Assembly: GCF_009914755.1 (NCBI RefSeq)
Contig: NC_060929.1
From: the human T2T-CHM13v2.0 reference genome, Homo sapiens
Length of the DNA stretch: 64,000 nucleotides
Direction: 5' to 3' (one strand)
A model generated the notes under the pieces. That model made no database searches and was not told where the DNA came from. It saw only the letters and a program-made list of their open reading frames with translations. The position numbers and the translations under genes are program-made. Below, piece by piece: positions 41,301 through 55,300 of this stretch (position 1 is the first letter of the stretch; every line of letters starts with the position of its first letter).

Positions 41301-44300
41301 ACTCCTCTGTGAAGTGTGTGTTCAATTCACATCGTTGAACCTTTCTTTTGATAGAGCAGTGTTGAAACATAATTTTTGTAGAATCTGCAAGTGTAAATTT
41401 CGAGTTCTTTTGTGCGTATGCTGGAAAAAGTGATATCTTCACCTGAAAAATAGACAGAAGCATTCCAGAAACTGCTTTGTAACATGTGCATTCAACTCAC
41501 AGTGTTGAACCTTCCTTTTGAGGGAGCGGTTTTGAAACAGTCTTTTTGTAGTATCTGCAAGTGGATATTTGCAGTGATTTGAGGCCGAAGAAAGAAAAGG
41601 AAATACCTTCAAATAAAAAACCAGACGGAAGCATTTTCAGAAACTGCCTTGTGATGTGTGCATTCAACTCACAGAGTTGAACCTTCCTTTTGAGAGAGAA
41701 GTTTTGAAACAGTCTTTTTGTAGTATTTGCAAGTGGATATTTGGAGCGATTTGTGGAGTATGGTGGAAAATGAAATATCTTCACATACAAACTAGACAGA
41801 AGCATTCTCAGAAACTGCTTTGTGATGTGTGCACTTAAGTCACAGACTTGAAACTTCCTTTAGGTAGAGCAGTGTTGAAACACACTTTTTGTATAATCTA
41901 CAAGTGTTCTTTGGAGTGCTTTGTTGCCTATGTTGGAAAAAGAATTATCTTCACATAAAAACTAGACAGAAGCATTCTCAGAAACTCCTTTGTGATGGGT
42001 TTGTTCAATTCACATTGTTGAACCTTTCTTTTGATACAGCAGTGTTGAAACAAACATTTTGTAGAATCTGCAAGGGTTCATTTCAAATGCTTTGCGGCCT
42101 ATGTTGGAAAAAGTGATATGTTCACCTAAAAATAGACAGAAGCATTCTCAGGAATTGCTTTGTAATATGTGCATTCAACTCACAGAGTTGAACCTTCCTT
42201 TTGAGAGAGCGGTTTTGAAACAGTCTTTTTGTAGTATCTGCAAGTGGATATTTGGAGCGATTTGAGGTCTAAGAAGGAAAAGGAAGTACCTTCAAATAAA
42301 AACTAGAAAGAAGCTTTCTCAGAAACTGCTTTGTGATGTGTGCATTTAACTCAAAGTCTTGATCCTTACTTTTTTTAGAGCAGTGTTGAAACACACTTTT
42401 TGTAGAACCTGGTAGTGTTCATTTGGAGAGATTTGTTGCCTATTGTGGAAAAAGGATTATCTTCTCTTAAAAACTAGACAGAAGCATTCTTAGAAACGGC
42501 TTTGTGATGTGTGTGTTCAATTCACAGAGTTGAAACTTTCCTTTGACAGAGCAGGTTTGAAACACTGCTTCTGTAGAATCTGCTTGTGGATATTGGGAGC
42601 TCCTTGAGGAATACGTTGTAAAAGGCATATCTTCACATACAAACTAGACAGAAGCATTCTCAGAAACTGCTTTGTGATGTGTGCATTCAACTCACAGAGT
42701 TGAACCTTCCATTTGAGAGAGCAGTGTTGAAACGGTCTTTTTGTAGTATCTTCAAGTGGATATTTGGAGCGATTTGAGGCCTATGATGGAAAAGGAAATA
42801 TCTTCACATACAAACTAGACAGAAGCATTCTCAGAAACTGCTTCATGATGTGTGCATTCAACCCACAGAGTTGAACCTTCCTTTTGAGAGAGCAGTGTTG
42901 AAACGGTCTTTTGTAGTATCTGCAAGTGGATATTTGGAGCGATTTGAGGCCTATGATGGAAAAGGAAATATCTTCACATACAAACTAGACAGAAGCATTC
43001 TCAGAAACTGCTTTGTGATGTGTGCATTCAACCGACAGATTTGAACTTTCCTTTGGAGAGGGAGGTTTTGAAACAGTCTTTTTGTAGTATCTGCAAGTGG
43101 ATATTTGTAGTGACTTGGGGCCTCAGGTGGAAAAGGAAATACCTTCACATACAAAGTAGACAGAAGTATTCTCAGAAACTCCATTGTGATGTGTGCACTC
43201 AACTCACAGAGTTAAACCTTCCTTTTGAGAGAGCAGTTTTGAAACAGTCTTTTTGTAACGTCTGCAGGTGGATATTTGGAGCGATTCGAGTAGTATGATG
43301 GAAAAGGAAATATCTTCACATACAAACTAAACAGAAGCATTCTCAGAAACTTCTTGTGATGTGTGCGTTCACCTAACAGAGTGGAACCGTTCTTTTGATA
43401 GAGCAGTTTTGAATCAGTCTTTTGGTAGGACCTGCAAGTTTTCATTTGGAGCGCTTTGAAGCCCATGGTGGAAAAGGGACTATCTTCACAAAAAACTAGG
43501 CAGAAGCCTTCTCACGAACTTCATTGAGATGTGTGCATTCAACTAACAGAGTTGAAACTGTCTTTTGACAGAGGAGGAATGAAACACTCCTTTTGTAGTA
43601 TCTGATTGTGTGTATTTGGAACTCTTTGAGTTATTCGTTGGAAACGGGTATCTTCACATAAAAAGTAGACCCAAGCATTCTCAGAAGGTTCTTTGTGATG
43701 TGTGCGTTCAACTCACAGACTTGAAACTTTCTTTTGATAGAGCAGTGTTGAAACACACTTTTTGTAGAATCCACAAGTATTCCTTTGGAGCGCTTTGTTG
43801 CCTATGTGGGAAAAAGGAATATCTTCACTTAAAAACTAGACAGAAGCATTCTCTGAAACTCCTCTGTGAAGTGTGTGTTCAATTCACATCGTTGAACCTT
43901 TCTTTTGATAGAGCAGTGTTGAAACATAATTTTTGTAGAATCTGCAAGTGTAAATTTCGAGTTCTTTTGTGCGTATGCTGGAAAAAGTGATATCTTCACC
44001 TGAAAAATAGACAGAAGCATTCCAGAAACTGCTTTGTAACATGTGCATTCAACTCACAGTGTTGAACCTTCCTTTTGAGGGAGCGGTTTTGAAACAGTCT
44101 TTTTGTAGTATCTGCAAGTGGATATTTGCAGTGATTTGAGGCCGAAGAAAGAAAAGGAAATACCTTCAAATAAAAAACCAGACGGAAGCATTTTCAGAAA
44201 CTGCCTTGTGATGTGTGCATTCAACTCACAGAGTTGAACCTTCCTTTTGAGAGAGAAGTTTTGAAACAGTCTTTTTGTAGTATTTGCAAGTGGATATTTG

Positions 44301-45250
44301 GAGCGATTTGTGGAGTATGGTGGAAAATGAAATATCTTCACATACAAACTAGACAGAAGCATTCTCAGAAACTGCTTTGTGATGTGTGCACTTAAGTCAC
44401 AGACTTGAAACTTCCTTTAGGTAGAGCAGTGTTGAAACACACTTTTTGTATAATCTACAAGTGTTCTTTGGAGTGCTTTGTTGCCTATGTTGGAAAAAGA
44501 ATTATCTTCACATAAAAACTAGACAGAAGCATTCTCAGAAACTCCTTTGTGATGGGTTTGTTCAATTCACATTGTTGAACCTTTCTTTTGATACAGCAGT
44601 GTTGAAACAAACATTTTGTAGAATCTGCAAGGGTTCATTTCAAATGCTTTGCGGCCTATGTTGGAAAAAGTGATATGTTCACCTAAAAATAGACAGAAGC
44701 ATTCTCAGGAATTGCTTTGTAATATGTGCATTCAACTCACAGAGTTGAACCTTCCTTTTGAGAGAGCGGTTTTGAAACAGTCTTTTTGTAGTATCTGCAA
44801 GTGGATATTTGGAGCGATTTGAGGTCTAAGAAGGAAAAGGAAGTACCTTCAAATAAAAACTAGACAGAAGCTTTCTCAGAAACTGCTTTGTGATGTGTGC
44901 ATTTAACTCAAAGTCTTGATCCTTACTTTTTTTAGAGCAGTGTTGAAACACACTTTTTGTAGAACCTGGTAGTGTTCATTTGGAGAGATTTGTTGCCTAT
45001 TGTGGAAAAAGGATTATCTTCTCTTAAAAACTAGACAGAAGCATTCTTAGAAACGGCTTTGTGATGTGTGTGTTCAATTCACAGAGTTGAAACTTTCCTT
45101 TGACAGAGCAGGTTTGAAACACTGCTTCTGTAGAATCTGCTTGTGGATATTGGGAGCTCCTTGAGGAATACGTTGTAAAAGGCATATCTTCACATACAAA
45201 CTAGACAGAAGCATTCTCAGAAACTGCTTTGTGATGTGTGCATTCAACTC
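38366..45250 (+). repeat. HOR haplotype block: copies 16-18 (2557-bp variant)
   Basis: Shared variants CATAATTTT, GTGTAAATT, GAGGGAGCG, AAGAAAGAAA, AAACCAGACG, GCACTTAAG, AAGAATTATC, CCTAAAAATAG (1-bp deletion), GGAATTGC, CCTATTGTGG, AAACGGCTTT; mirrored in the ORF track at 38496, 41053, 43610. Confidence 0.9.
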
Positions 45251-46399
45251 ACAGAGTTGAACCTTCCATTTGAGAGAGCAGTGTTGAAACAGTCTTTTTG
45301 TAGTATCTTCAAGTGGATATTTGGAGCGATTTGAGGCCTATGATGGAAAAGGAAATATCTTCACATACAAACTAGACAGAAGCATTCTCAGAAACTGCTT
45401 CGTGATGTGTGCATTCAACCCACAGAGTTGAACCTTCCTTTTGAGAGAGCAGTGTTGAAACGGTCTTTTGTAGTATCTGCAAGTGGATATTTGGAGCGAT
45501 TTGAGGCCTATGATGGAAAAGGAAATATCTTCACATACAAACTAGACAGAAGCATTCTCAGAAACTGCTTTGTGATGTGTGCATTGAACCGACAGATTTG
45601 AACTTTCCTTTGGAGAGGGAGGTTTTGAAACAGTCTTTTTGTAGTATCTGCAAGTGGATATTTGTAGTGACTTGGGGCCTCAGGTGGGAAAGGAAATACC
45701 TTCACATACAAAGTAGACAGATGTATTCTCAGAAACTCCATTGTGATGTGTGCACTCAACTCACAGAGTTGAACCTTCCTTTTGCGAGAGCAGTTTTGAA
45801 ACAGTCTTTTTGTAACGTCTGCATGTGGATATTTGGAGCGATTCATGTAGTATGATGGAAAAGGAAATATCTTCACATACAAACTAAACAGAAGCATTCT
45901 CAGAAACTTCTTGTGATGTGTGCATTCACCTAACAGAGTGGAACCGTTCTTTTGATAGGGCAGTTTTGAATCAGTCTTTTGGTAGGACCTGCAAGTTTTC
46001 ATTTGGAGCGCTTTGAAGCCCATGGTGGGAAAGGGACTATCTTCACAAAAAACTAGGCAGAAGCCTTCTCAGGAACTTCATTGAGATGTGTGCATTCAAC
46101 TAACAGAGTTGAAACTGTCTTTTGACAGAGGAGGAATGAAACACTCCTTTTGTACTATCTGATTGTGTATATTTGGAACTCTTTGAGTTATTCGTTGGAA
46201 ACGGGTATCTTCACATAAAAAGTAGACCCAAGCATTCTCAGAAGGTTCTTTGTGATGTGTGCGCTCAACTCACAGACTTGAAACTTTCTTTTGATAGAGC
46301 AGTGTTGAAACACACTTTTGTAGAATCCACAAGTGTTCGTTTGGAGCGCTTTGTTGCCTATGTGGGAAAAAGGAATATCTTCACTTAAAAACTAGACAG

Positions 46400-49300
46400 A
46401 AGCATTCTCTGAAACTCCTCTGTGAAGTGTGTGTTCAATTCACATCGTTGAACCTTTCTTTTGATAGAGCAGTGTTGAAACATACTTTTTGTAGAATCTG
46501 CAAGTGTCCATTTCGAGTTCTTTTGTGCGTATGTTGGAAAAAGTGATATCTTCACCTGAAAAATAGACAGAAGCATTCCAGAAACTGCTTTGTAACATGT
46601 GCATTCAACTCACAGTGTTGAACCTTCCTTTTGAGAGAGCGGTTTTGAAACAGTCTTTTTGTAGTATCTGCAAGTGGATATTTGCAGTGATTTGAGGCCG
46701 AAGAAGGAAAAGGAAATACCTTCAAATAAAAAACTAGACGGAAGCATTTTCAGAAAATGCCTTGTGATGTGTGCATTCAACTCACAGAGTTGAACCTTCC
46801 TTTTGAGAGAGAAGTTTTGAAACAGTCTTTTTGTAGTATTTGCAAGTGGATATTTGGAGCGATTTGTGGAGTATGGTGGAAAATGAAATATCTTCACATA
46901 CAAACTAGACAGAAGCATTGTCAGAAACTGCTTTGTGATGTGTGCATTTCAGTCACAGACTTGAAACTTCCTTTAGGTAGAGCAGTGTTGAAACACACTT
47001 TTTGTATAATCTACAAGTGTTCTTTGTAGTGCTTTGTTGCCTATGTTGGAAAAAGAAATATCTTCACATAAAAACTAGACAGAAGCATTCTCAGAAACTC
47101 CTTTGTGATGGATTTGTTCAATTCACATTGTTGAACCTTTCTTTTGATACAGCAGTGTTGAAACAAACATTTTGTAGAATCTGCAAGGGTTCATTTCAAA
47201 TGCTTTGCGGCCTATGTTGGAAAAAGTGATATCTTCACCTAAAAAATAGACAGAAACATTCTCAGGAACTGCTTTGTAATATGTGCATTCAACTCACAGA
47301 GTTGAACCTTCCTTTTGAGAGAGCGGTTTTGAAACAGTCTTTTTGTAGTATCTGCAAGTGGATATTTGGAGCGATTTGAGGTCTAAGAAGGAAAAGGAAG
47401 TACCTTCAAATAAAAACTAGACAGAAGCTTTCTCAGAAACTGCTTTGTGATGTGTGCATTTAACTCAAAGTCTTGATCCTTACTTTTGTTAGAGCAGTGT
47501 TGAAACACACTTTTTGTAGAACCTGGTAGTGTTCATTTGGAGAGATTTGTTGCCTATGGTGGAAATAGGATTATCTTCTCTTAAAAACTAGACAGAAGCA
47601 TTCTTAGAAACTGCTTTGTGATGTGTGTGTTCAATTCACAGAGTTGAAACTTTCCTTTGACAGAGCAGGTTTGAAACACTGCTTCTGTAGAATCTGCTTG
47701 TGGATATTGGGAGCTCCTTGAGGAATACGTTGTAAAAGGCATATCTTCACATACAAACTAGACAGAAGCATTCTCAGAAACTGCTTTGTGATGTGTGCAT
47801 TCAACTCACAGAGTTGAACCTTCCATTTGAGAGAGCAGTGTTGAAACAGTCTTTTTGTAGTATCTTCAAGTGGATATTTGGAGCGATTTGAGGACTATGA
47901 TGGAAAAGGAAATATCTTCACATACAAACTAGACAGAAGCATTCTCAGAAACTGCTTCGTGATGTGTGCATTCAACCCACAGAGTTGAACCTTCCTTTTG
48001 AGAGAGCAGTGTTGAAACGGTCTTTTGTAGTATCTGCAAGTGGATATTTGGAGCGATTTGAGGCCTATGATGGAAAAGGAAATATCTTCACATACAAACT
48101 AGACAGAAGCATTCTCAGAAACTGCTTTGTGATGTGTGCATTCAGCCGACAGATTTGAACTTTCCTTTGGAGAGGGAGGTTTTGAAACAGTCTTTTTGTA
48201 GTATCTGCAAGTGGATATTTGTAGTGACTTGGGGCCTCAGGTGGAAAAGGAAATACCTTCACATACAAAGTAGACAGAAGTATTCTCAGAAACTCCATTG
48301 TGATGTGTGCACTGAACTCACAGAGTTGAACCTTCCTTTTGAGAGAGCAGTTTTGAAACAGTCTTTTTGTAACGTCTGCAGGTGGATATTTGGAGCGATT
48401 CGTGTAGTATGATGGAAAAGGAAATATCTTCACATACAAACTAAACAGAAGCATTCTCAGAAACTTCTTGTGATGTGTGCATTCACCTAACAGAGTGGAA
48501 CCGTTCTTTTGATAGAGCAGTTTTGAATCAGTCTTTTGGTAGGACCTGCAAGTTTTCATTTGGAGCGCTTTGAAGCCCATGGTGGAAAAGGGACTATCTT
48601 CACAAAAAACTAGGCAGAAGCCTTCTCACGAACTTCATTGAGATGTGTGCATTCAACTAACAGAGTTGAAACTGTCTTTTGTCAGAGGAGGAATGAAACA
48701 CTGCTTTTGTAGTATCTGATTGTGTATATTTGGAACTCTTTGAGTTATTCGTTGGAAACGGGTATCTTCACATAAAAAGTAGACCCAAGCATTCTCAGAA
48801 GGTTCTTTGTGATGTGTGCGTTCAACTCACAGACTTGAAACTTTCTTTTGATAGAGCAGTGTTGAAACACACTTTTTGTAGAATCCACAAGTATTCGTTT
48901 GGAGCGCTTTGTTGCCTACGTGGGAAAAAGGAATATCTTCACTTAAAAACTAGACAGAAGCATTCTCTGAAACTCCTCTGTGAAGTGTGTGTTCAATTCA
49001 CATCGTTGAACCTTTCTTTTGATAGAGCAGTGTTGAAACATACTTTTTGTAGAATCTGCAAGTGTCCATTTCGAGTTCTTTTGTGCGTATGCTGGAAAAA
49101 GTGATATCTTCACCTGAAAAATAGACAGAAGCATTCCAGAAACTGCTTTGTAACATGTGCATTCAACTCACAGTGTTGAACCTTCCTTTTGAGAGAGCGG
49201 TTTTGAAACAGTCTTTTTGAAGTATCTGCAAGTGGATATTTGCAGTGATTTGAGGCCGAAGAAGGAAAAGGAAATACCTTCAAATAAAAAACTAGACGGA

Positions 49301-52300
49301 AGCATTTTCAGAAACTGCCTTGTGATGTGTGCATTCAACTCACAGAGTTGAACCTTCCTTTTGAGAGAGAAGTTTTGAAACAGTCTTTTTGTAGTATTTG
49401 CAAGTGGATATTTGGAGCGATTTGTGGAGTATGGTGATAAATGAAATATCTTCACATACAAACTAGACAGAAGCATTGTCAGAAACTGCTTTGTGATGTG
49501 TGCATTTAAGTCACAGACTTGAAACTTCCTTTAGGTAGAGCAGTGTTGAAACACACTTTTTGTATAATCTACAAGTGTTCTTTGGAGTGCTTTGTTGCCT
49601 ATGTTGGAAAAAGAAATATCTTCACATAAAAACTAGACAGAAGCATTCTCAGAAACTCCTTTGTGATAGGTTTGTTCAAATCACATTGTTGAACCTTTCT
49701 TTTGATACAGCAGTGTTGAAACAAACATTTTGTAGAATCTGCAAGGGTTCATTTCAAATGCTTTGCGGCCTATGTTGGAAAAAGTGATATCTTCACCTAA
49801 AAAATAGACAGAAGCATTCTCAGGGACTGCTTTGTAATATGTGCATTCAACTCACAGAGTTGAACCTTCCTTTTGAGAGAGCGGTTTTGAAACAGTCTTT
49901 TTGTAGTATCTGCAAGTGGATATTTGGAGCGATTTGAGGTCTAAGAAGGAAAAGGAAGTACCTTCAAATAAAAACTAGACAGAAGCTTTCTCAGAAACTG
50001 CTTTGTGATGTGTGCATTTAACTCAAAGTCTTGATCCTTTCTTTTGTTAGAGCAGTGTTGAAACACACTTTTTGTAGAACCTGGTAGTGTTCATTTGGAG
50101 AGATTTGTTGCCTATGGTGGAAAAAGGATTATCTTCTCTTAAAAACTAGACAGAAGCATTCTTAGAAACTGCTTTGTGATGTGTGTGTTCAATTCACAGA
50201 GTTGAAACTTTCCTTTGACAGAGCAGGTTTGAAACACTGCTTCTGTAGAATCTGCTTGTGGATATTGGGAGCTCCTTGAGGAATACGTTGTAAAAGGCAT
50301 ATCTTCACATACAAACTAAACAGAAGCATTCTCAGAAACTGCTTTGTGATGTGTGCATTCAACTCACAGAGGTGAACCTTCCATTTGAGAGAGCAGTGTT
50401 GAAACGGTCTTTTTGTAGTATCTTCAAGTGGATATTTGGAGCGATTTGAGGCCTATGATGGAAAAGGAAATATCTTCACATACAAACTAGACAGAAGCAT
50501 TCTCAGAAACTGCTTTGTGATGTGTGCATTCAACCCACAGAGTTGAACCTTCCTTTTGAGAGAGCAGTGTTGAAACGGTCTTTTGTAGTATCTGCAAGTG
50601 GATATTTGGAGCGATTTGAAGCCTATGATGGAAAAGGAAATATCTTCACATACAAACTAGACAGAAGCATTCTCAGAAACTGCTTTGTGATGTGTGCATT
50701 CAACCGACAGATTTGAACTTTCCTTTGGAGAGGGAGGTTTTGAAACAGTCTTTTTGTAGTATCTGCAAGTGGATATTTGTAGTGACTTGGGGCCTCAGGT
50801 GGAAAAGGAAATACCTTCACATACAAAGTAGACAGAAGTATTCTCAGAAACTCCATTGTGATGTGTGCACTCAACTCACAGAGTTGAACCTTCCTTTTGA
50901 GAGAGCAGTTTTGAAACAGTCTTTTTGTAACGTCTGCAGGTGGATATTTGGAGCGATTCGTGTAGTATGATGGAAAAGGAAATATCTTCACATACAAACG
51001 AAACAGAAGCATTCTCAGAAACTTCTTGTGATGTGTGCGTTCACCTAGCAGAGTGGAACCGTTCTTTTGATAGAGCCGTTTTGAATCAGTCTTTTGGTAG
51101 GACCTGCAAGTTTTCATTTGGAGCGCTTTGAAGCCCATGGTGGAAAAGGGACTATCTTCACAAAAAACTAGGCAGAAGCCTTCTCAGGAACTTCATTGAG
51201 ATGTGTGCATTCAACTAACAGAGTTGAAACTGTCTTTTGACAGAGGAGGAATGAAACACTCCTTTTGTAGTATCTGATTGTGTATATTTGGAACTCTTTG
51301 AGTTATTCGTTGGAAACGGGTATCTTCACATAAAAAGTAGACCCAAGCATTCTCAGAAGGTTCTTTGTGATGTGGGCGTTCGACTCACAGACTTGAAACT
51401 TTCTTTTGATAGAGCAGTGTTGAAACACACTTTTTGTAGAATCCACAAGTATTCGTTTGGAGCGCTTTGTTGCCTATGTGGGAAAAAGGAATATCTTCAC
51501 TTAAAAACTAGACAGAAGCATTCTCTGAAACTCCTCTGTGAAGTGTGTGTTCAATTCACATCGTTGAACCTTTCTTTTGATAGAGCAGTGTTGAAACATA
51601 CTTTTTGTAGAATCTGCAAGTGTCCATTTCGAGTTCTTTTGTGCGTATGTTGGAAAAAGTGATATCTTCACCTGAAAAATAGACAGAAGCATTCCAGAAA
51701 CTGCTTTGTAACATGTGCATTCAACTCACAGTGTTGAACCTTCCTTTTGAGAGAGCGGTTTTGAAACAGTCTTTTTGTAGTATCTGCAAGTGGATATTTG
51801 CAGTGATTTGAGGCCGAAGAAGGAAAAGGAAATACCTTCAAATAAAAAACTAGACGGAAGCATTTTCAGAAAATGCCTTGTGATGTGTGCATTCAACTCA
51901 CAGAGTTGAACCTTCCTTTTGAGAGAGAAGTTTTGAATCAGTCTTTTTGTAGTATTTGCAAGTGGATATTTGGAGCGATTTGTGGAGTATGGTGGAAAAT
52001 GAAATATCTTCACATACAAACTAGACAGAAGCATTGTCAGAAACTGCTTTGTGATGTGTGCATTTCAGTCACAGACTTGAAACTTCCTTTAGTTAGAGCA
52101 GTGTTGAAACACACTTTTTGTATAATCTACAAGTGTTCTTTGTAGTGCTTTGTTGCCTATGTTGCAAAAAGAAATATCTTCACATAAAAACTAGACAGAA
52201 GCATTCTCAGAAACTCCTTTGTGATGGATTTGTTCAATTCACATTGTTGAACCTTTCTTTTGATACAGCAGTGTTGAAACAAACATTTTGTAGAATCTGC

Positions 52301-55300
52301 AAGGGTTCATTTCAAATGCTTTGCGGCCTATGTTGGAAAAAGTGATATCTTCACCTAAAAAATAGACAGAAACATTCTCAGGAACTGCTTTGTAATATGT
52401 GCATTCAACTCACAGAGTTGAACCTTCCTTTTGAGAGAGCGGTTTTGAAACAGTCTTTTTGTAGTATCTGCAAGTGGATATTTGGAGCGATTTGAGGTCT
52501 AAGAAGGAAAAGGAAGTACCTTCAAATAAAAACTAGACAGAAGCTTTCTCAGAAACTGCTTTGTGATGTGTGCATTTAACTCAAAGTCTTGATCCTTACT
52601 TTTGTTAGAGCAGTGTTGAAACACACTTTTTGTAGAACCTGGTAGTGTTCATTTGGAGAGATTTGTTGTCTATGGTGGAAATAGGATTATCTTCTCTTAA
52701 AAACTAGACAGAAGCATTCTTAGAAACTGCTTTGTGATGTGTGTGTTCAATTCACAGAGTTGAAACTTTCCTTTGACAGAGCAGGTTTGAAACACTGCTT
52801 CTGTAGAATCTGCTTGTGGATATTGGGAGCTCCTTGAGGAATACGTTGTAAAAGGCATATCTTCACATACAAACTAGACAGAAGCATTCTCAGAAACTGC
52901 TTTGTGATGTGTGCATACAACTCACAGTGTTGAACCTTCCATTTGAGAGAGCAGTGTTGAAACAGTCTTTTTGTAGTATCTTCAAGTGGATATTTGGAGC
53001 GATTTGAGGCCTATGATGGAAAAGGAAATATCTTCACATACAAACTAGACAGAAGCATTCTCAGAAACTGCTTCGTGATGTGTGCATTCAACCCACAGAG
53101 TTGAACCTTCTTTTTGAGAGAGCAGTGTTGAAACGGTCTTTTGTAGTATCTGCAAGTGGATATTTGGAGCGATTTGAGGCCTATGATGGAAAAGGAAATA
53201 TCTTCACATACAAACTAGACAGAAGCATTCTCAGAAACTGCTTTGTGATGTGTGCATTCAACCGACAGATTTGAACTTTCCTTTGGAGAGGGAGGTTTTG
53301 AAACAGTCTTTTTGTAGTATCTGCAAGTGGATTTTTGTAGTGACTTGGGGCCTCAGGTGGAAAAGGAAATACCTTCACATACAAAGTAGACAGAAGTATT
53401 CTCAGAAACTCCATTGTGATGTGTGCACTCAACTCACAGAGTTGAACCTTCCTTTTGAGAGAGCAGTTTTGAAACAGTCTTTTTGTAACGTCTGCAGGTG
53501 GATATTTGGAGCGATTCGAGTAGTATGATGGAAAAGGAAATATCTTCACATACAAACTAAACAGAAGCATTCTCAGAAATTTCTTGTGATGTGTGCATTC
53601 TCCTAACAGAGTGGAACCGTTCTTTTGATAGAGCAGTTTTGAATCAGTCTTTTGGTAGGACCTGCAAGTTTTCATTTGGAGCGCTTTGAAGCCCATGGTG
53701 GAAAAGGGACTATCTTCACAAAAAACTAGGCAGAAGCCTTCTCAGGAACTTCATTGAGATGTGTGCATTCAACTAACAGAGTTGAAACTGTCTTTTGACA
53801 GAGGAGGAATGAAACACTCCTTTTGTAGTATCTGATTGTGTATATTTGGAACTCTTTGAGTTATTCGTTGGAAACGGGTATCTTCACATAAAAAGTAGAC
53901 CCAAGCATTCTCAGAAGGTTCTTTGTGATGTGTGCGTTCAACTCACAGACTTGAAACTTTCTTTTGATAGAGCAGTGTTGAAACACACTTTTTGTAGAAT
54001 CCACAAGTATTCGTTTGGAGCGCTTTGTTGCCTACGTGGGAAAAAGGAATATCTTCACTTAAAAACTAGACAGAAGCATTCTCTGAAACTCCTCTGTGAA
54101 GTGTGTGTTCAATTCACATCGTTGAACCTTTCTTTTGATAGAGCAGTGTTGAAACATACTTTTTGTAGAATCTGCAAGTGTCCATTTCGAGTTCTTTTGT
54201 GCGTATGCTGGAAAAAATGATATCTTCACCTGAAAAATAGACAGAAGCATTCCAGAAACTGCTTTGTAACATGTGCATTCAACTCACAGTGTTGAACCTT
54301 CCTTTTGAGAGAGCGGTTTTGAAACAGTCTTTTTGAAGTATCTGCAAGTGGATATTTGCAGTGATTTGAGGCCGAAGAAGGAAAAGGAAATACCTTCAAA
54401 TAAAAAACTAGACGGAAGCATTTTCAGAAACTGCCTTGTGATGTGTGCATTCAACTCACAGAGTTGAACCTTCCTTTTGAGAGAGAAGTTTTGAAACAGT
54501 CTTTTTGTAGTATTTGCAAGTGGATATTTGGAGCGATTTTTGGAGTATGGTGATAAATGAAATATCTTCACATACAAACTAGACAGAAGCATTGTCAGAA
54601 ACTGCTTTGTGATGTGTGCATTTAAGTCACAGACTTGAAACTTCCTTTAGGTAGAGCAGTGTTGAAACACACTTTTTGTATAATCTACAAGTGTTCTTTG
54701 GAGTGCTTTGTTGCCTATGTTGGAAAAAGAAATATCTTCACATAAAAACTAGACAGAAGCATTCTCAGAAACTCCTTTGTGATAGGTTTGTTCAAATCAC
54801 ATTGTTGAACCTTTCTTTTGATACAGCAGTGTTGAAACAAACATTTTGTAGAATCTGCAAGGGTTCATTTCAAATGCTTTGCGGCCTATGTTGGAAAAAG
54901 TGATATCTTCACCTAAAAAATAGACAGAAGCATTCTCAGGAACTGCTTTGTAATATGTGCATTCAACTCACAGAGTTGAACCTTCCTTTTGAGAGAGCGG
55001 TTTTGAAACAGTCTTTTTGTAGTATCTGCAAGTGGATATTTGGAGCGATTTGAGGTCTAAGAAGGAAAAGGAAGTACCTTCAAATAAAAACTAGACAGAA
55101 GCTTTCTCAGAAACTGCTTTGTGATGTGTGCATTTAACTCAAAGTCTTGATCCTTTCTTTTGTTAGAGCAGTGTTGAAACACACTTTTTGTAGAACCTGG
55201 TAGTGTTCATTTGGAGAGATTTGTTGCCTATGGTGGAAAAAGGATTATCTTCTCTTAAAAACTAGACAGAAGCATTCTTAGAAACTGCTTTGTGATGTGT

